Below, piece by piece: positions 18,845 through 29,276 of a stretch of 64,000 bases of DNA. The stretch comes from a bacterium. GTDB lineage: Bacteria; SAR324; JACQKK01. Position 1 is the stretch's first letter. Every line of letters starts with the position of its first letter. The notes under the pieces were generated by a model that ran no database searches, was not told the DNA's origin, and saw nothing but the letters and a program-made list of their open reading frames with translations. Location of the stretch: the NCBI GenBank assembly GCA_965240465.1, contig OZ251219.1, positions 704,001 to 768,000 of the forward strand. The letters run 5' to 3'. The translations under genes and the position numbers were made by a program.

Positions 18845-19639
18845 ATGAAGGAATCTTGGTTGTCTTTTTTTCGCACACGAAGCAAAGAAATATCTCCCGA
18901 TGATCGTCGGGAACGCGATAGATCTAGGGGAAGAAATGAAGGCAATAGACGGCCTAAACGCCCTGGTGGTTCTTATTCGGGCCGCCCGCACTCCCCCCGA
19001 AGCGGAAACAGGGATCCCAACCAGGGCTCAGATGAACAAGAATTCCAACAGGAAATCCTCAAACGGATAGGCTTGTTTATTAAGTCGCCAGAGGACAGCC
19101 AAGAACTGGAACCCATGAACTCTTTTCGTCGTCGGCTTGTTCATCAGTTAGCGAATTTGGCAAATTTGGACTCAGAGACCATGGGCGAAGGAAGAGAACG
19201 ATGGGTAAAATGGAACAGAACCACAAACTCCTACATCCCAAAATCCATCCCAGCCCCAACTGATGATAGTCCCCAGTACAACCGAAATCAAGATTCTAAC
19301 TATGATGATAGACCAAGATATAAATCAAATTCAGGTAGACCTCCTAGGGATTCCTCAGGTAGACCCCCTAGGGATTCTTCAGGTAGACCTCCTAGGGATT
19401 CTTCAGGGTACTCCTCAGGGCGTTCATCGGGTTTTTCCCGAGACCCAGGATTAGAAAATAAGGTTCTTTCAATATCCTGTGGCCAAGACGGCATTGAGTT
19501 GGCTCTCAAAAAGGATGGCAGCATCAATGTTTATCAACCCGAAGATGAGCCATACATCATTCATCGGAGACTGGTTACTGAGCCCCAAGTTAAGATCAAG
19601 GAAGGACGCATCCTCCAGCCTTCCGATGCTGACTGGTAA
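18845..19639 (+). CDS. R3H-domain nucleic-acid-binding protein with disordered Arg/Gly/Ser/Pro regions
   Basis: LEPMNSFRRRLVHQLA...SETMGEGRERWV. In-frame 24-bp repeats encode SSGRPPRD. Confidence 0.75.
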   Translation: MKESWLSFFRTRSKEISPDDRRERDRSRGRNEGNRRPKRPGGSYSGRPHSPRSGNRDPNQGSDEQEFQQEILKRIGLFIKSPEDSQELEPMNSFRRRLVHQLANLANLDSETMGEGRERWVKWNRTTNSYIPKSIPAPTDDSPQYNRNQDSNYDDRPRYKSNSGRPPRDSSGRPPRDSSGRPPRDSSGYSSGRSSGFSRDPGLENKVLSISCGQDGIELALKKDGSINVYQPEDEPYIIHRRLVTEPQVKIKEGRILQPSDADW

Positions 19640-20246
19640 GGAGAGAGCAGATGGAGCAGAAGGAGAGAGCAGAGAGGGAGAGAGCAAGGAGAGTAGAGAG
19701 GGAGGTAGCAAGGAGAGCAGAGAGGGAGCGGAGGGAGGTAGCAAGGAGAGCAGAGAGGGAGCGGAAGGAGGTAGCAAGGAGAGCAGAGAGGGAGCGGAAG
19801 GAGGTAGCAAGGATAGCAGAGAGGGAGCAGAAGAAGGAGCAGAAGAAGGAGCAGAGGGAGGTAGCAAGGATAGCAGAGAGGGAGCGGAAGAAGGAGCAGA
19901 GGGAGGTAGCAAGGAGAGCGAGGAGGTAGCAAGGAGAGGAGAGGGAGCAGATGGAGTGAGTAGGGGAGGGAGCAGAGGGAGGGAGTAAAGAGGAGGGAGT
20001 GAGCGGAAGAAGGAGCAGAGAGAGGGAGTAAAGAGGAGGGAGTGAGCGGAAGAAGGAGCAGATGGAGTGAGTAGGGGAGGGAGCAGAGGGAGGGAGTAAA
20101 GAGGAGGGAGTGAGCGGAAGAAGGAGCAGAGGGAGTGAGTAGGGGAGGGAGTAAAGAGGAGGGAGTGAGCGGAAGAAGGAGCAGAGGGAGTGAGTAGGGG
20201 AGGGAGTAAAGAGGAGGGAGTGAGCGGAAGAAGGAGCAAGGAGGGA
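19640..20246. repeat. ~600-bp purine-rich composite tandem repeat between convergent genes
   Basis: Mostly G/A on the + strand, with recurring blocks gagggaggtagcaaggagagcagagag and gagtgagcggaagaaggagcag. Confidence 0.9.
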
Positions 20247-21575
20247 TTAGGGGTGGTATTCAAAAGGGAGGATATTTTCACAGTTCATGGCGCGGGTGAG
20301 AAGGGTTTCTTCTTGGAAGCGAGGAGCTACTAATTGGAGGGCTAGGGGGAGTCCGTTTTTTTGTTCTCGGGATATTGGTAGGCTGAGAGAGGGCAAGCCG
20401 AGAAAAGAGAAGGGCAGGGCTGCTATGGAGGTGCCGACGGAGTTGAGGTTTTTGGGTGCGGGTGCGGGTGTAGCGGGAAGAATGGCGATTTCCACTCTAT
20501 CCATGAGGCTGTCAAACAAGGCTTGTATGGATTGTCGGTCGCGGGTAGCGGCGAGGTAATCGGCGGCGGTGATTTTAAGTCCTTCTTCAATGAGGGAGTT
20601 GATGTTAGGGGGGTATGGAAATACGCTATGGTGTTTATTGTATTTGTGGATGGTGGCTACTTCAGCAGCTAGGATGGTGTGATGGAGTCGGGGTAGTTCT
20701 TTTATTGCGGGCGGGAGTTTTCGCTGAACAAACAGACTGCCTTTTTTTCTGAGCAGGTTGCAGAAGTTATCCAGCATGGTGCGGACATCTTGATTGCAGT
20801 TGGGGACTAGTTCATCAAGCCTCCAGATGCGTTGTGGTAGTTGAGGGACGAGGCGGGGTAGTTTATCATCCAGCAGGGCTTTAGGAGTATTTTGGGGACG
20901 GATGGTTTCCCAGAAGAGCCAAGCATCTTCCACGCTACGGGAGAGAGTGCCTAGTTGATCTAGTTGCCAGCTTAGAGGAATGATGCCTTTTGAAGGTAGG
21001 GAAGCATGCCCAGGCTTAAAACCTACCACTCCATTATAGGCAGCGGTGCTGATGATGGAACCAGAGGTTTCAGTTCCCAAGGCGATTTGACAATGGCGAT
21101 CGGCTACTGCTACCGCGGAACCGCTACAGGAGTCGCCGGGGGTATATTCCAGATGCCAAGGGTTTAAGGTAGGGGAAGGGTCAGTGAAGGCAAATGGGGA
21201 AGTAGCTGTTTTACCTAAGATAATTGCTCCGTTTTTACGCATTCGGGAAACTATTTCTGCATCGGTGGAAACCACTCGGGATGGATAGGCATTGCTTCCT
21301 GCCCGAGTAGCCATTCCGGCTACATCAATGACGTCTTGTACTCCCACGGTAATTCCGTGCAGGGGACTACGCTGGGGGTTGGCTTTTTTTTCTTCATCTA
21401 GCTGGCGGGCGGTTTTCAAGGCTTGCTCTTGATGAACTTCCGTCCAAGCTTTGAGTTGTTTATCTTGTACCAGCAGACGCTCTAAGCAGGAACGCACCAG
21501 TTTTTCACAGGATACCTTCTGGGAACGCATACCGTGAGCGGTTTCGGTTAAATTCAATTCACGAAATTCGGGCAT
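20247..21575 (-). CDS. Amidase-signature family protein (GatA-like) with altered catalytic motifs
   Basis: GAIILGKT, NPW..TPGDSCSGSAVAVA, LGTETSGSI, GVVGFKP. GVQD where GVKD is expected. Confidence 0.85.
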   Translation of the reverse strand: MPEFRELNLTETAHGMRSQKVSCEKLVRSCLERLLVQDKQLKAWTEVHQEQALKTARQLDEEKKANPQRSPLHGITVGVQDVIDVAGMATRAGSNAYPSRVVSTDAEIVSRMRKNGAIILGKTATSPFAFTDPSPTLNPWHLEYTPGDSCSGSAVAVADRHCQIALGTETSGSIISTAAYNGVVGFKPGHASLPSKGIIPLSWQLDQLGTLSRSVEDAWLFWETIRPQNTPKALLDDKLPRLVPQLPQRIWRLDELVPNCNQDVRTMLDNFCNLLRKKGSLFVQRKLPPAIKELPRLHHTILAAEVATIHKYNKHHSVFPYPPNINSLIEEGLKITAADYLAATRDRQSIQALFDSLMDRVEIAILPATPAPAPKNLNSVGTSIAALPFSFLGLPSLSLPISREQKNGLPLALQLVAPRFQEETLLTRAMNCENILPFEYHP

Positions 21576-21772
21576 AAAACTTATCTCTAATGCCAGTGCT
21601 TGCCATGAGCCAAAAGGGTACTCATGCCTTGTTCTAGCAAATCTTTACTCTGCCTGTCATGTTTATCTGCCTTCATGCTTTATTTGCCTTCATGCTTTAT
21701 TTGCCTTCATGCTTTATCTGCGTTCTTATTTTTCAGCAGGAGGTGAGGGGTGGGGGGTGGTGGTGGTGGTGG

Positions 21773-22942
21773 TTAGAGGTTTTGCAGTTCTTCAGCGATT
21801 AGTTCAGCAGCTCGTTGATAGGCACTGGGTTTGCCGAATTTGGAGGTAATGATTTTCAGTTGTTTTTGCATGAGTTTTCTTTGTGGTAGGGGGTGAAGTT
21901 TTTTCAATTGCTGATAGATATTTTCTGCGGTGCATTGTTTTTGTATCAGTTCGGGGATGACCATGCGTCCTGCGGTGATGTTGACGAGTGCGGCATAGGG
22001 GATTAAGAGGAGTTTTTTAAGTATCCAGAAAGTTATGGGGTTGAGGCGGTAGAAGAGTACCATAGGGACATTTGCTAAGGCGGTTTGGAAAGCAGCGGTT
22101 CCAGAGCAGACAGCTGCCAGTTGTGCCCGATGAATGACTGCGAGGAAGCATTTTTCAACTACCAGCAGGTGTTTAGCGATTCCTCTTTTGGCGATGGCTG
22201 CGTGGATGAGTTTTTTGATTTTGGGTTGGTTGAGATTATCTGACAAAGGAATGACGAAGCGAGCCTTAATGCCATTTTTAATGAGTAGCTGGGTGGCATC
22301 CAACAGGGGATGTAGGTGTCGGAGTAGTTCTTCAGCTCGGCTTCCGGGGATGATGGCGATGATTTCTCCTTGCCAGCCCGATAGTCGTTGTTGGAGGAGT
22401 TTTTTTTCTTGGCTACTGGGAACTTGCCCTACCAAAGGATGCCCAAAGAAATAGGCTCTCACCCCTGCTTTTAGATATATGTCCTTCTCAAATGGAAGTA
22501 TTAAAATGATCAGCCGAACTGATTTTTGTACCTGCCGTAGACGTCCAGCTCGGGTTGCCCAAAGCTGCGGCCCAACATAGTAAAAAACTGGAATTCCTAG
22601 CCGCTTAGCTCGCTTAGCCAATCGCAGATTAAAGCCAGAATAATCTATCAGCAACAAGGCATCAGGCTGACGCTCTTTGAGAACCATCCTCAGCCGTCTC
22701 ATGATTAACATCAGACGCGGTAAATGCCTCACCAGCTCCATTAGTCCATACGCCCTCATCGATTCAAGATCCCGCCAGAGGACCATCCCCTGTGCCTGCA
22801 TTTTCTCTCCCCCTATCCCCTCCATCTGCAAATTCGGAAGTCTGGAACGTAAACCACGCAATAACTCGCCCCCATGATTATCGCCAGAGGTTTCCCCAGC
22901 CACAACCCATAATTTCAATGGACGGGAGGAACTCTTTCTCAT
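21773..22942 (-). CDS. lpxB: Lipid-A-disaccharide synthase
   Basis: VAGETSGD, IDYSGFNLRLA, PQLWA, ILPFE, GHPL, PGSR, SGTA, PELIQ. Confidence 0.95.
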   Translation of the reverse strand: MRKSSSRPLKLWVVAGETSGDNHGGELLRGLRSRLPNLQMEGIGGEKMQAQGMVLWRDLESMRAYGLMELVRHLPRLMLIMRRLRMVLKERQPDALLLIDYSGFNLRLAKRAKRLGIPVFYYVGPQLWATRAGRLRQVQKSVRLIILILPFEKDIYLKAGVRAYFFGHPLVGQVPSSQEKKLLQQRLSGWQGEIIAIIPGSRAEELLRHLHPLLDATQLLIKNGIKARFVIPLSDNLNQPKIKKLIHAAIAKRGIAKHLLVVEKCFLAVIHRAQLAAVCSGTAAFQTALANVPMVLFYRLNPITFWILKKLLLIPYAALVNITAGRMVIPELIQKQCTAENIYQQLKKLHPLPQRKLMQKQLKIITSKFGKPSAYQRAAELIAEELQNL

Positions 22943-22984
22943 GCTCTGCTATCCTTGTCAATCCTTGCCCTCTAATAATTCTCT

Positions 22985-23216
22985 CCTAGTCACTCCCTAA
23001 CCATCACTCCCTAACCATCACTCCCCTAGTCACTCCCTAACCATCACTCCCTAACCATCACTCCCTAACCATCACTCCCCTAGTCACTCCCTAACCATCA
23101 CTCCCCTAGTCACTCCCTAACCATCACTCCCCTAGTCACTCCCTAACCATCACTCCCCTAGTCACTTCCTAACCATCACTCCCCTAGTCACTTCCTAACC
23201 ATCACTCCCCTAGTCA
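22985..23216. repeat. Composite tandem repeat of 12- and 14-nt subunits (cccctagtcact / ccctaaccatcact)
   Basis: About 230 bp of directly abutting units starting at the stop codon of the 23214 gene. Confidence 0.95.
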
Positions 23217-23498
23217 TTTGTCCCCTAATAAATTGTGCTGTCCGCGTACTTCTGCCTCCACCCTACGCTGCCACTGAATACGCTCCAACTCCTTAGCCTT
23301 AGCCAAATGAGCCTCAGCAGCTGGATGGCGTTTGAGCTGTTGACATGCTTCTGCTAAAAATTTCTGCCAACGAGGTTCATCGCTTTCCAAGTCTGCTCCT
23401 TCTTTAGCCCCTTGGAGTAATTGCTCCCAGTCCTTACTGGCTCGCCATTCCGAGCAATTCTTTTTCAGCTGTTTTAATTTATCTAGTACATTATCCAT
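23214..23498 (-). CDS. Small helical (TPR-like) hypothetical protein
   Basis: 94-aa ORF in a co-oriented cluster with amphipathic helical pattern. Confidence 0.55.
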   Translation of the reverse strand: MDNVLDKLKQLKKNCSEWRASKDWEQLLQGAKEGADLESDEPRWQKFLAEACQQLKRHPAAEAHLAKAKELERIQWQRRVEAEVRGQHNLLGDK

Positions 23499-23511
23499 TG
23501 CTTATCTCGTT

Positions 23512-24222
23512 TTAGTGGTTTTTTTCTAATTCTTGACCGCGTTCCCGCAGCCAATCTCCCAATATTTGTTGTCCAACTGCCGATAACCGATACTCATCCC
23601 CAGCTACCAAGGGTTGCAGGCGAGGCACTAAATAGGTGTAATAATGAGATCGCCAATCAGCTACCAAATCCAACTTCGCCCGATATAAAACATCACCCAT
23701 TCCCAATTGACGACGCAATTTGAATACCTTAGTTAAATGCCCTGGGGCAATGAAGAGCATTTCCATTTCCACCACATCTTTGGGCATGGGGATTAGGGCT
23801 ATTCCTTGAGTTTCTTCATCGGCTAGGGGTTGCGAGACCTTAGTGGATATGTTTCTCAAGGGGACTCCTGATGTCAGGGGAGTTTTTTGGGAAGAGTCCA
23901 AGCTGTTTTCTTCCGTACCATCCAAGTGAATAAAGGAATGATGGTACCTATACACCACCACCAAGGCATGCTGGGGCAACTTACCGTGGTCATCACTTAT
24001 GACCGCCCGCACCTGAGAAGATCCTAATCCCCAGCTCCAGCTGGCTTCTTGCGGCAAACAAGATGCTAGCACTATCAGCAACAATGACGCCAACTGCCCG
24101 CTTAGCCATTTGCACTGCCTACCCATTTTGCCTATCCATTTGCTCCCGCTCGCACCGCCTACCCATTTGCCTACCCATTTGCTCGGCTGTGCTTCATATA
24201 GATGGACTAGCTTTGGTTTCAT
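23512..24222 (-). CDS. Hypothetical protein, probable lipoprotein
   Basis: LLLIVLASC lipobox about 55 aa into the ORF, so the true start is probably downstream of 24222. Confidence 0.55.
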   Translation of the reverse strand: MKPKLVHLYEAQPSKWVGKWVGGASGSKWIGKMGRQCKWLSGQLASLLLIVLASCLPQEASWSWGLGSSQVRAVISDDHGKLPQHALVVVYRYHHSFIHLDGTEENSLDSSQKTPLTSGVPLRNISTKVSQPLADEETQGIALIPMPKDVVEMEMLFIAPGHLTKVFKLRRQLGMGDVLYRAKLDLVADWRSHYYTYLVPRLQPLVAGDEYRLSAVGQQILGDWLRERGQELEKNH

Positions 24223-24258
24223 CTAGTTCATGTTTTGGTTTATGGATTATCTGCTTGG

Positions 24259-24624
24259 CTATTTATGGGGGAAGTGGATTTTAGAAGCAGTGGAAGGGGC
24301 AGATTTTATTTTTGGGTTTGGATCGGCTTCCAGTTGTTGAGGATCTAGTTTATCCACCACGATTTTTCCTTGTTTTAATTCTACTAAGGCGATGAGCGGG
24401 GCTTTACTGAAGGGGGTTTCTACCAAGGGTATACGCCCCTCATTGTGGATGTCTTTGGCTCGGTTGGCGGTAGCGAGTACTTTTTCAAACAGAGTGTGTT
24501 CTCCACCGCTATAGCGGTAATCTTCCAGTATTCCTACGTGGCCTAGATCATCCGAGGGTTCGGGTTCTATAGCTTGTTCGGTATTGCTACGCTGGTTGGT
24601 GGGAGAATCTGATTTTGGTTCCAT
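24259..24624 (-). CDS. rpoZ: RNA polymerase omega subunit-like protein
   Basis: FEKVLATANRAKDI..G..PLVE...KAPLIALVELKQGKI follows the omega pattern. Confidence 0.65.
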   Translation of the reverse strand: MEPKSDSPTNQRSNTEQAIEPEPSDDLGHVGILEDYRYSGGEHTLFEKVLATANRAKDIHNEGRIPLVETPFSKAPLIALVELKQGKIVVDKLDPQQLEADPNPKIKSAPSTASKIHFPHK

Positions 24625-24784
24625 GATTAATGCCTTATTCTATTGCCTTACTTTATTGCCCTATTCTATTGGCTTAGATCAATGCCTTGTTTTAATGTGC
24701 CGATTAGTAGAAAAATTGTTTAACCTACCATTAGAGACCATAAATGCGACTGTAGTCAAATTGAAAACCATCATTAGGGAAGTT

Positions 24785-25744
24785 TTAGGGGATAGATCTT
24801 ATTAGATCCGAGGCTAGATCTTCTAGTTCTGTGCGGCTGTGTTGACGGAGTAGGATTTCAAATTGATGGCGAGCTTCGCGTTTTTTTCCTTGTCGGAGGT
24901 TAAGATGTCCTGAGTGCCAAGCTGCTAATAGCGGATAATCATTGGTTTTCAGTTTTTCGTAGTATTTAGCGACATCATCTTCTCGGTCTTGCCGTTCGGC
25001 TATTTTTGCTAATCCTATCCAGCTGATAGCCTTTTGTAGGGGAAGTACCTTAGGATGCGAGGCTGCCTGTTGAAACGCCTTTTGAGCTTGGTCTAGGTCG
25101 TCCTGATCCCAAGCCAGCTGTGCTAAACGAAGCCATGCTATGGGAGACTGGACATAATTGCCATAACCCTCCAGAAAATTTTCTAGTGCTTGACGCTGAG
25201 GGTCTGTTTCAGACTTTCCAGCGGTCTTTTCCTTCTTTTCCTCATATTTGGTAATATCCAGCTCCAGATTTGCCTTAATTTCATCGTAGGCCTGGGCAGC
25301 CTCTAAGCGTTTTTGCCCTAGTAACCATAGTCCTACGGTGGTGGAGGATCCAATCAGTATCAAGACTCCCAAGCCACCATACACCCAAGCCCGATGAACA
25401 TTGAGATATCTTAGCACATCCAGCATACGCTCTTGGATCTTATCCTGCTTTAGCTCCTTGCGTTCAATCCTTTCAACCTTAGCAGGCCTAGCAGGTTTAC
25501 TAGCAGACCTGATCCGTGCCAATCCTGCCAGCTTGGTCAATCCTGTCAGCTTGGCTAATCCTGCCAGCTTGGTAAATCCTGCCAGCTTGGTCAATCCTGT
25601 CAGCTTGGTAAATCCTGTCAGCTTGGTCAATCCGAGTCGGGTTGATACCTGCCGTGCTAATCCAGCGAGCCGTGCCGACCAAGCAATTTTCCTTGGCTTG
25701 GCTACTCGCTTGGTCTTACCAGTTGATTTTTTGGTATCTGCCAT
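24785..25744 (-). CDS. Membrane-anchored TPR protein (YfgM-like)
   Basis: Single TM segment followed by TPR-like helices. N-terminal 18-bp in-frame repeats (LTKLAG). Confidence 0.65.
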   Translation of the reverse strand: MADTKKSTGKTKRVAKPRKIAWSARLAGLARQVSTRLGLTKLTGFTKLTGLTKLAGFTKLAGLAKLTGLTKLAGLARIRSASKPARPAKVERIERKELKQDKIQERMLDVLRYLNVHRAWVYGGLGVLILIGSSTTVGLWLLGQKRLEAAQAYDEIKANLELDITKYEEKKEKTAGKSETDPQRQALENFLEGYGNYVQSPIAWLRLAQLAWDQDDLDQAQKAFQQAASHPKVLPLQKAISWIGLAKIAERQDREDDVAKYYEKLKTNDYPLLAAWHSGHLNLRQGKKREARHQFEILLRQHSRTELEDLASDLIRSIP

Positions 25745-25790
25745 TTCTGCTACTGAGTATATTAATGTTTTCTGACTATTCAGTTTTTTG

Positions 25791-25922
25791 GCTGCTTAGT
25801 GTCTCGGCTCTTAGTGTCTTTGCTGCTTAGTGTCTCGGCTGCTTAGTGTCTTTGCTACTTAGTGTCTTTGCTACTTAGTGTCTCGGCTGCTTAGTGTCTC
25901 GGCTGCTTAGTGTCTCGGCTGC
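25791..25922. repeat. ~16-bp tandem repeat, about 8 copies (gctgcttagtgtctcg / gctacttagtgtcttt)
   Basis: Abutting units with no spacers in the divergent intergenic region. Confidence 0.95.
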
Positions 25923-26068
25923 CTTTGTTCTTGCTTTGGCCGCCCAGCAATAAATCATCTCATGTTTCCAGTCAGTTTGGGGATTATTATTATAGACTAT
26001 AAATTCATATCTTTGGTTTTGATAAGGCTCTTTGCTTTCTTGTTGGCCCATCATACATCTTTTAGCTT

Positions 26069-27289
26069 ATGTCCCTCAACAAACATCCCGCTGCTAAGAC
26101 CTTCATTTTTCCTCATCCCTTCTACTTTGAAACTACCTGGATGGGTAATCCTGAGCAAATATCTCAGCTGGAAGTAGCTTATGAAATTTGGGGAGATCCG
26201 TCCCATCCGACCATTTTAATTTGCCATCCCCTAAGCGTCAACACCCACTGCACCGACACCCACTGCACCGACACCCACTGCACCGACACCCACTGCACCG
26301 ACACCCACTTTGCTAACACCCACTGCACCGACAAACCCGATGGCACAGGTCCTTCTAATTCAGGTAGAAACAGAGCTTGGTGGTCGGCTATGGTGGGTCC
26401 TAACAAGCCTATTGATACCAATCGTTTTCAGGTAATTTGTACCAACATGATAGGAGGTTGCGGTGGTAGCAGTGGCCCTGCTTCTATGAATCCCAAGACC
26501 AAAATGCCCTACCGACTACATTTCCCAGTGGTCACCATCGGAGATATCGTACGTTCACAACATCTATTGTTGCAATCATTGGGGATTGAACGCTTGCATG
26601 CGGTTGTTGGCGGTAGCATGGGAGGTTTTCAAGCCTTGGAGTGGGCGATCTCTTATCCTTTGATGGTGGATAACATCATCGTAATCGCCTCGGGACCATA
26701 TTCCACTCAGTTTCAGATCATGACTAATCGGGTACAGATTGAATCTATCCAGCGCGACGGACTATATCAGCAAGGACATTATCGGGCTGGTAATGAACCT
26801 AATTCAGGCTTAATTGTAGCTCGAAAGATTGGTCATACCACCTTTATTGCTCCTCAAGCAATGGAGCAAAAATTTGTTAAATACTACCAGAGTATGCAAA
26901 AACCGGTTGAAGATACCGATTTTCACTCGTTAAGACTCCACGAAGCGGAAAGTTATCTTCGTCATGTTTCCACTGCTTTCAGCCAATATTTTGACGCCAA
27001 TAGTATGATTTATATGTTGCAAACTTGGAGTCATTTTGATTTGAAAGCCAAGTATGGTCCTCTGGCGGGAGCACTTTCTTCCTCTAAAGCCCGCATTTTG
27101 AGCATTTGTGCTAACAGAGATAATCTGTTTCCGCCTTTCTTGTCGCGTGTTATTCAACGGGAAGCCTTAAAAGCTGGCCTCAAGAGCCAGTTGATAGTAC
27201 TCAGAGAACCCTATGGACACGATTTCTTCTTGCTACCAGAGATTATCACTTCTAAGCTGGCACCAATTATTGAGCCCTTCTTAGCTTGA
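26069..27289 (+). CDS. metX: Homoserine O-acetyltransferase family (alpha/beta hydrolase)
   Basis: WWSAMVGPNKPIDTNRF, GGSMGG, FDANS, GHDFFL. In-frame (THCTD)n insertion. Confidence 0.85.
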   Translation: MSLNKHPAAKTFIFPHPFYFETTWMGNPEQISQLEVAYEIWGDPSHPTILICHPLSVNTHCTDTHCTDTHCTDTHCTDTHFANTHCTDKPDGTGPSNSGRNRAWWSAMVGPNKPIDTNRFQVICTNMIGGCGGSSGPASMNPKTKMPYRLHFPVVTIGDIVRSQHLLLQSLGIERLHAVVGGSMGGFQALEWAISYPLMVDNIIVIASGPYSTQFQIMTNRVQIESIQRDGLYQQGHYRAGNEPNSGLIVARKIGHTTFIAPQAMEQKFVKYYQSMQKPVEDTDFHSLRLHEAESYLRHVSTAFSQYFDANSMIYMLQTWSHFDLKAKYGPLAGALSSSKARILSICANRDNLFPPFLSRVIQREALKAGLKSQLIVLREPYGHDFFLLPEIITSKLAPIIEPFLA

Positions 27290-27295
27290 TGCTTT

Positions 27296-27787
27296 ATGAA
27301 CTCTCGTCCACAGCTAGATGAAAAATTTATGCAGGAGGCCATTCGCCAAGCCCAAAAAGCGGTGATAAGCTGTGGTAGCAACCCTCCTGTCGGCTGTGTG
27401 ATCGTCTACCAGCAGGACATCATCGCCAAGGGGTATACTCACGAAGGCACCCACGCAGAAATTCAGGCTCTCAATCAGCTCGGAGGGGGGGGGGCATCCC
27501 TTACCCAAGCCGAAATTTTTATCACCCTGGAACCATGTTGCTTCCATGGACGCACCCCTCCTTGCACCGAGGCCCTTATCAAAGTTCGGCCCCAGAGGGT
27601 GATCATTGCTCACCGAGATCCTCATCCCCTAGTCAGAGGGCGCGGCATCGCCACTCTTAGACAAGCTCAAATCAAGGTCACCGAAGGAATATTGACCCCC
27701 CAAGTAGCCCTGATAATCAAGCCCTGGTTGGCTCGTTTTCCAGCCCTAGTGCCTCAGAAAACCGTCAGGGCTGATTTAGATCGATAG
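27296..27787 (+). CDS. ribD: Riboflavin biosynthesis RibD deaminase domain only (no reductase domain)
   Basis: NPPVGCVIV, HAE, TLEPCCFHGRTPPC, DPHPLVRGRG. Ends at 163 aa. Confidence 0.8.
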   Translation: MNSRPQLDEKFMQEAIRQAQKAVISCGSNPPVGCVIVYQQDIIAKGYTHEGTHAEIQALNQLGGGGASLTQAEIFITLEPCCFHGRTPPCTEALIKVRPQRVIIAHRDPHPLVRGRGIATLRQAQIKVTEGILTPQVALIIKPWLARFPALVPQKTVRADLDR

Positions 27788-27917
27788 CCTTAGTAGTCTT
27801 TGGTTAATTATACTATCAGCAATGGTAGTTATCTTGCATCCTTAGCGTGTTATGATGAGTACTACTAAGTCATCTTCCTAGGCTACTCTTTTATTCTGAT
27901 TCGCGTTCATAGTATTT

Positions 27918-29177
27918 ATGGTTAAATCCAAACAAAATGTGTTGCGTTGTTCCTTCTGTGGTAAATCGCAAAACGATGTCCGAAAAATCATTGCCGGCCC
28001 GACGGTCTATATCTGCAATGAGTGCGTTGAACTCTGCAACGACATCATGGAAGAAGAATGTAGCCGAGAAAAAAATACATCCCCAAAACGCGTTATCCTC
28101 AAACCACACGAAATTAAGGAAAAACTGGATAACTATGTGATCGGGCAAGAACACTCCAAAAAGGTTCTATCAGTCGCGGTCTACAATCACTATAAGCGAA
28201 TCCGCCTCGCCGGCAACAGCGATGTAGAACTGCAAAAAAGCAACATCCTCCTCATCGGCTCTACCGGCACTGGCAAAACCCTACTCGCCCAAACCATGGC
28301 TCGTCTTTTGAATGTCCCCTTTGCCATGACCGATGCCACCACCCTCACCGAAGCTGGCTACGTGGGCGAAGATGTAGAAAACATCATCCTTAAACTGCTC
28401 CAAAATGCCAACTACGATATAACACGCGCTCAAGAAGGTATAATCTACATAGACGAAATTGATAAAATCGCCCGCAAAAGTGAAAACGTCTCCATCACCA
28501 GAGATGTCTCCGGCGAAGGAGTTCAGCAAGCACTCCTCAAAGTAATGGAAGGAACCATCGCCAACATCCCTCCCCAAGGAGGGCGTAAACACCCTCAACA
28601 AGAATTCCTCCAAGTGGATACTTCCAACATACTCTTCATCTGCAGTGGCGCTTTCGTCGGACTGGAAAAAATCATCTCTCAACGAGTTGATAAAAAAACC
28701 ATCGGCTTTGGCTCTCCCACCAATAAAGGTAAAAAAGACCAAATACTAAAACAAGTGGAAGCAGAAGACCTATTCAAATATGGCCTCATCCCCGAATTCG
28801 TAGGACGAATCCCCGTCATCAGCACCCTAGATGAACTCTCACACCAAGACCTAGTACACATCCTCACCAAACCCAAAAACGCCATCAGTAAGCAATATCG
28901 CAAACTATTTGAACTGGAAGGCATTGAACTAGATATCACTGAGGAAACCCTTCAACTGGTCGCCAGTGAAGCCATCCGACGCCACACCGGAGCACGGGGA
29001 CTTAGGGTTATCTTGGAAAAATCAATGCTGGAAATAATGTATCGCATCCCCTTGCTGGATAAACTTAAAAAAGTCGTCATCGTACCCGATGTCATCCGAC
29101 GTAAGTCAGAACCTCTGCTGGTCTTTGAGGATAAACCTAAACAATCTCCCAAAATGAAACTCAGAGTCAGCAGCTAA
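27918..29177 (+). CDS. clpX: ATP-dependent Clp protease ATP-binding subunit
   Basis: CSFCGK Zn finger, [38 protein letters not shown] loop. Confidence 0.98.
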   Translation: MVKSKQNVLRCSFCGKSQNDVRKIIAGPTVYICNECVELCNDIMEEECSREKNTSPKRVILKPHEIKEKLDNYVIGQEHSKKVLSVAVYNHYKRIRLAGNSDVELQKSNILLIGSTGTGKTLLAQTMARLLNVPFAMTDATTLTEAGYVGEDVENIILKLLQNANYDITRAQEGIIYIDEIDKIARKSENVSITRDVSGEGVQQALLKVMEGTIANIPPQGGRKHPQQEFLQVDTSNILFICSGAFVGLEKIISQRVDKKTIGFGSPTNKGKKDQILKQVEAEDLFKYGLIPEFVGRIPVISTLDELSHQDLVHILTKPKNAISKQYRKLFELEGIELDITEETLQLVASEAIRRHTGARGLRVILEKSMLEIMYRIPLLDKLKKVVIVPDVIRRKSEPLLVFEDKPKQSPKMKLRVSS

Positions 29178-29276
29178 AAATACCTCAAATCCTACCAAAC
29201 GCCCTGCCAAACGCCCTGCCAAACGCCCTGCCAAACGCCCTGCCAACAAAACCCAATTATAAACACCCCACCCACC

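Noticed and set aside
19469-20281. Several overlapping ORFs in the purine-rich tract
   Set aside because: Low-complexity translations open in multiple frames because the repeat lacks stop codons.
22985-23216. Possible CRISPR array (also 25791-25922, 45733-45838, 54701-54800)
   Set aside because: Units are 12-18 bp and abut directly, with no unique spacers and no cas genes.
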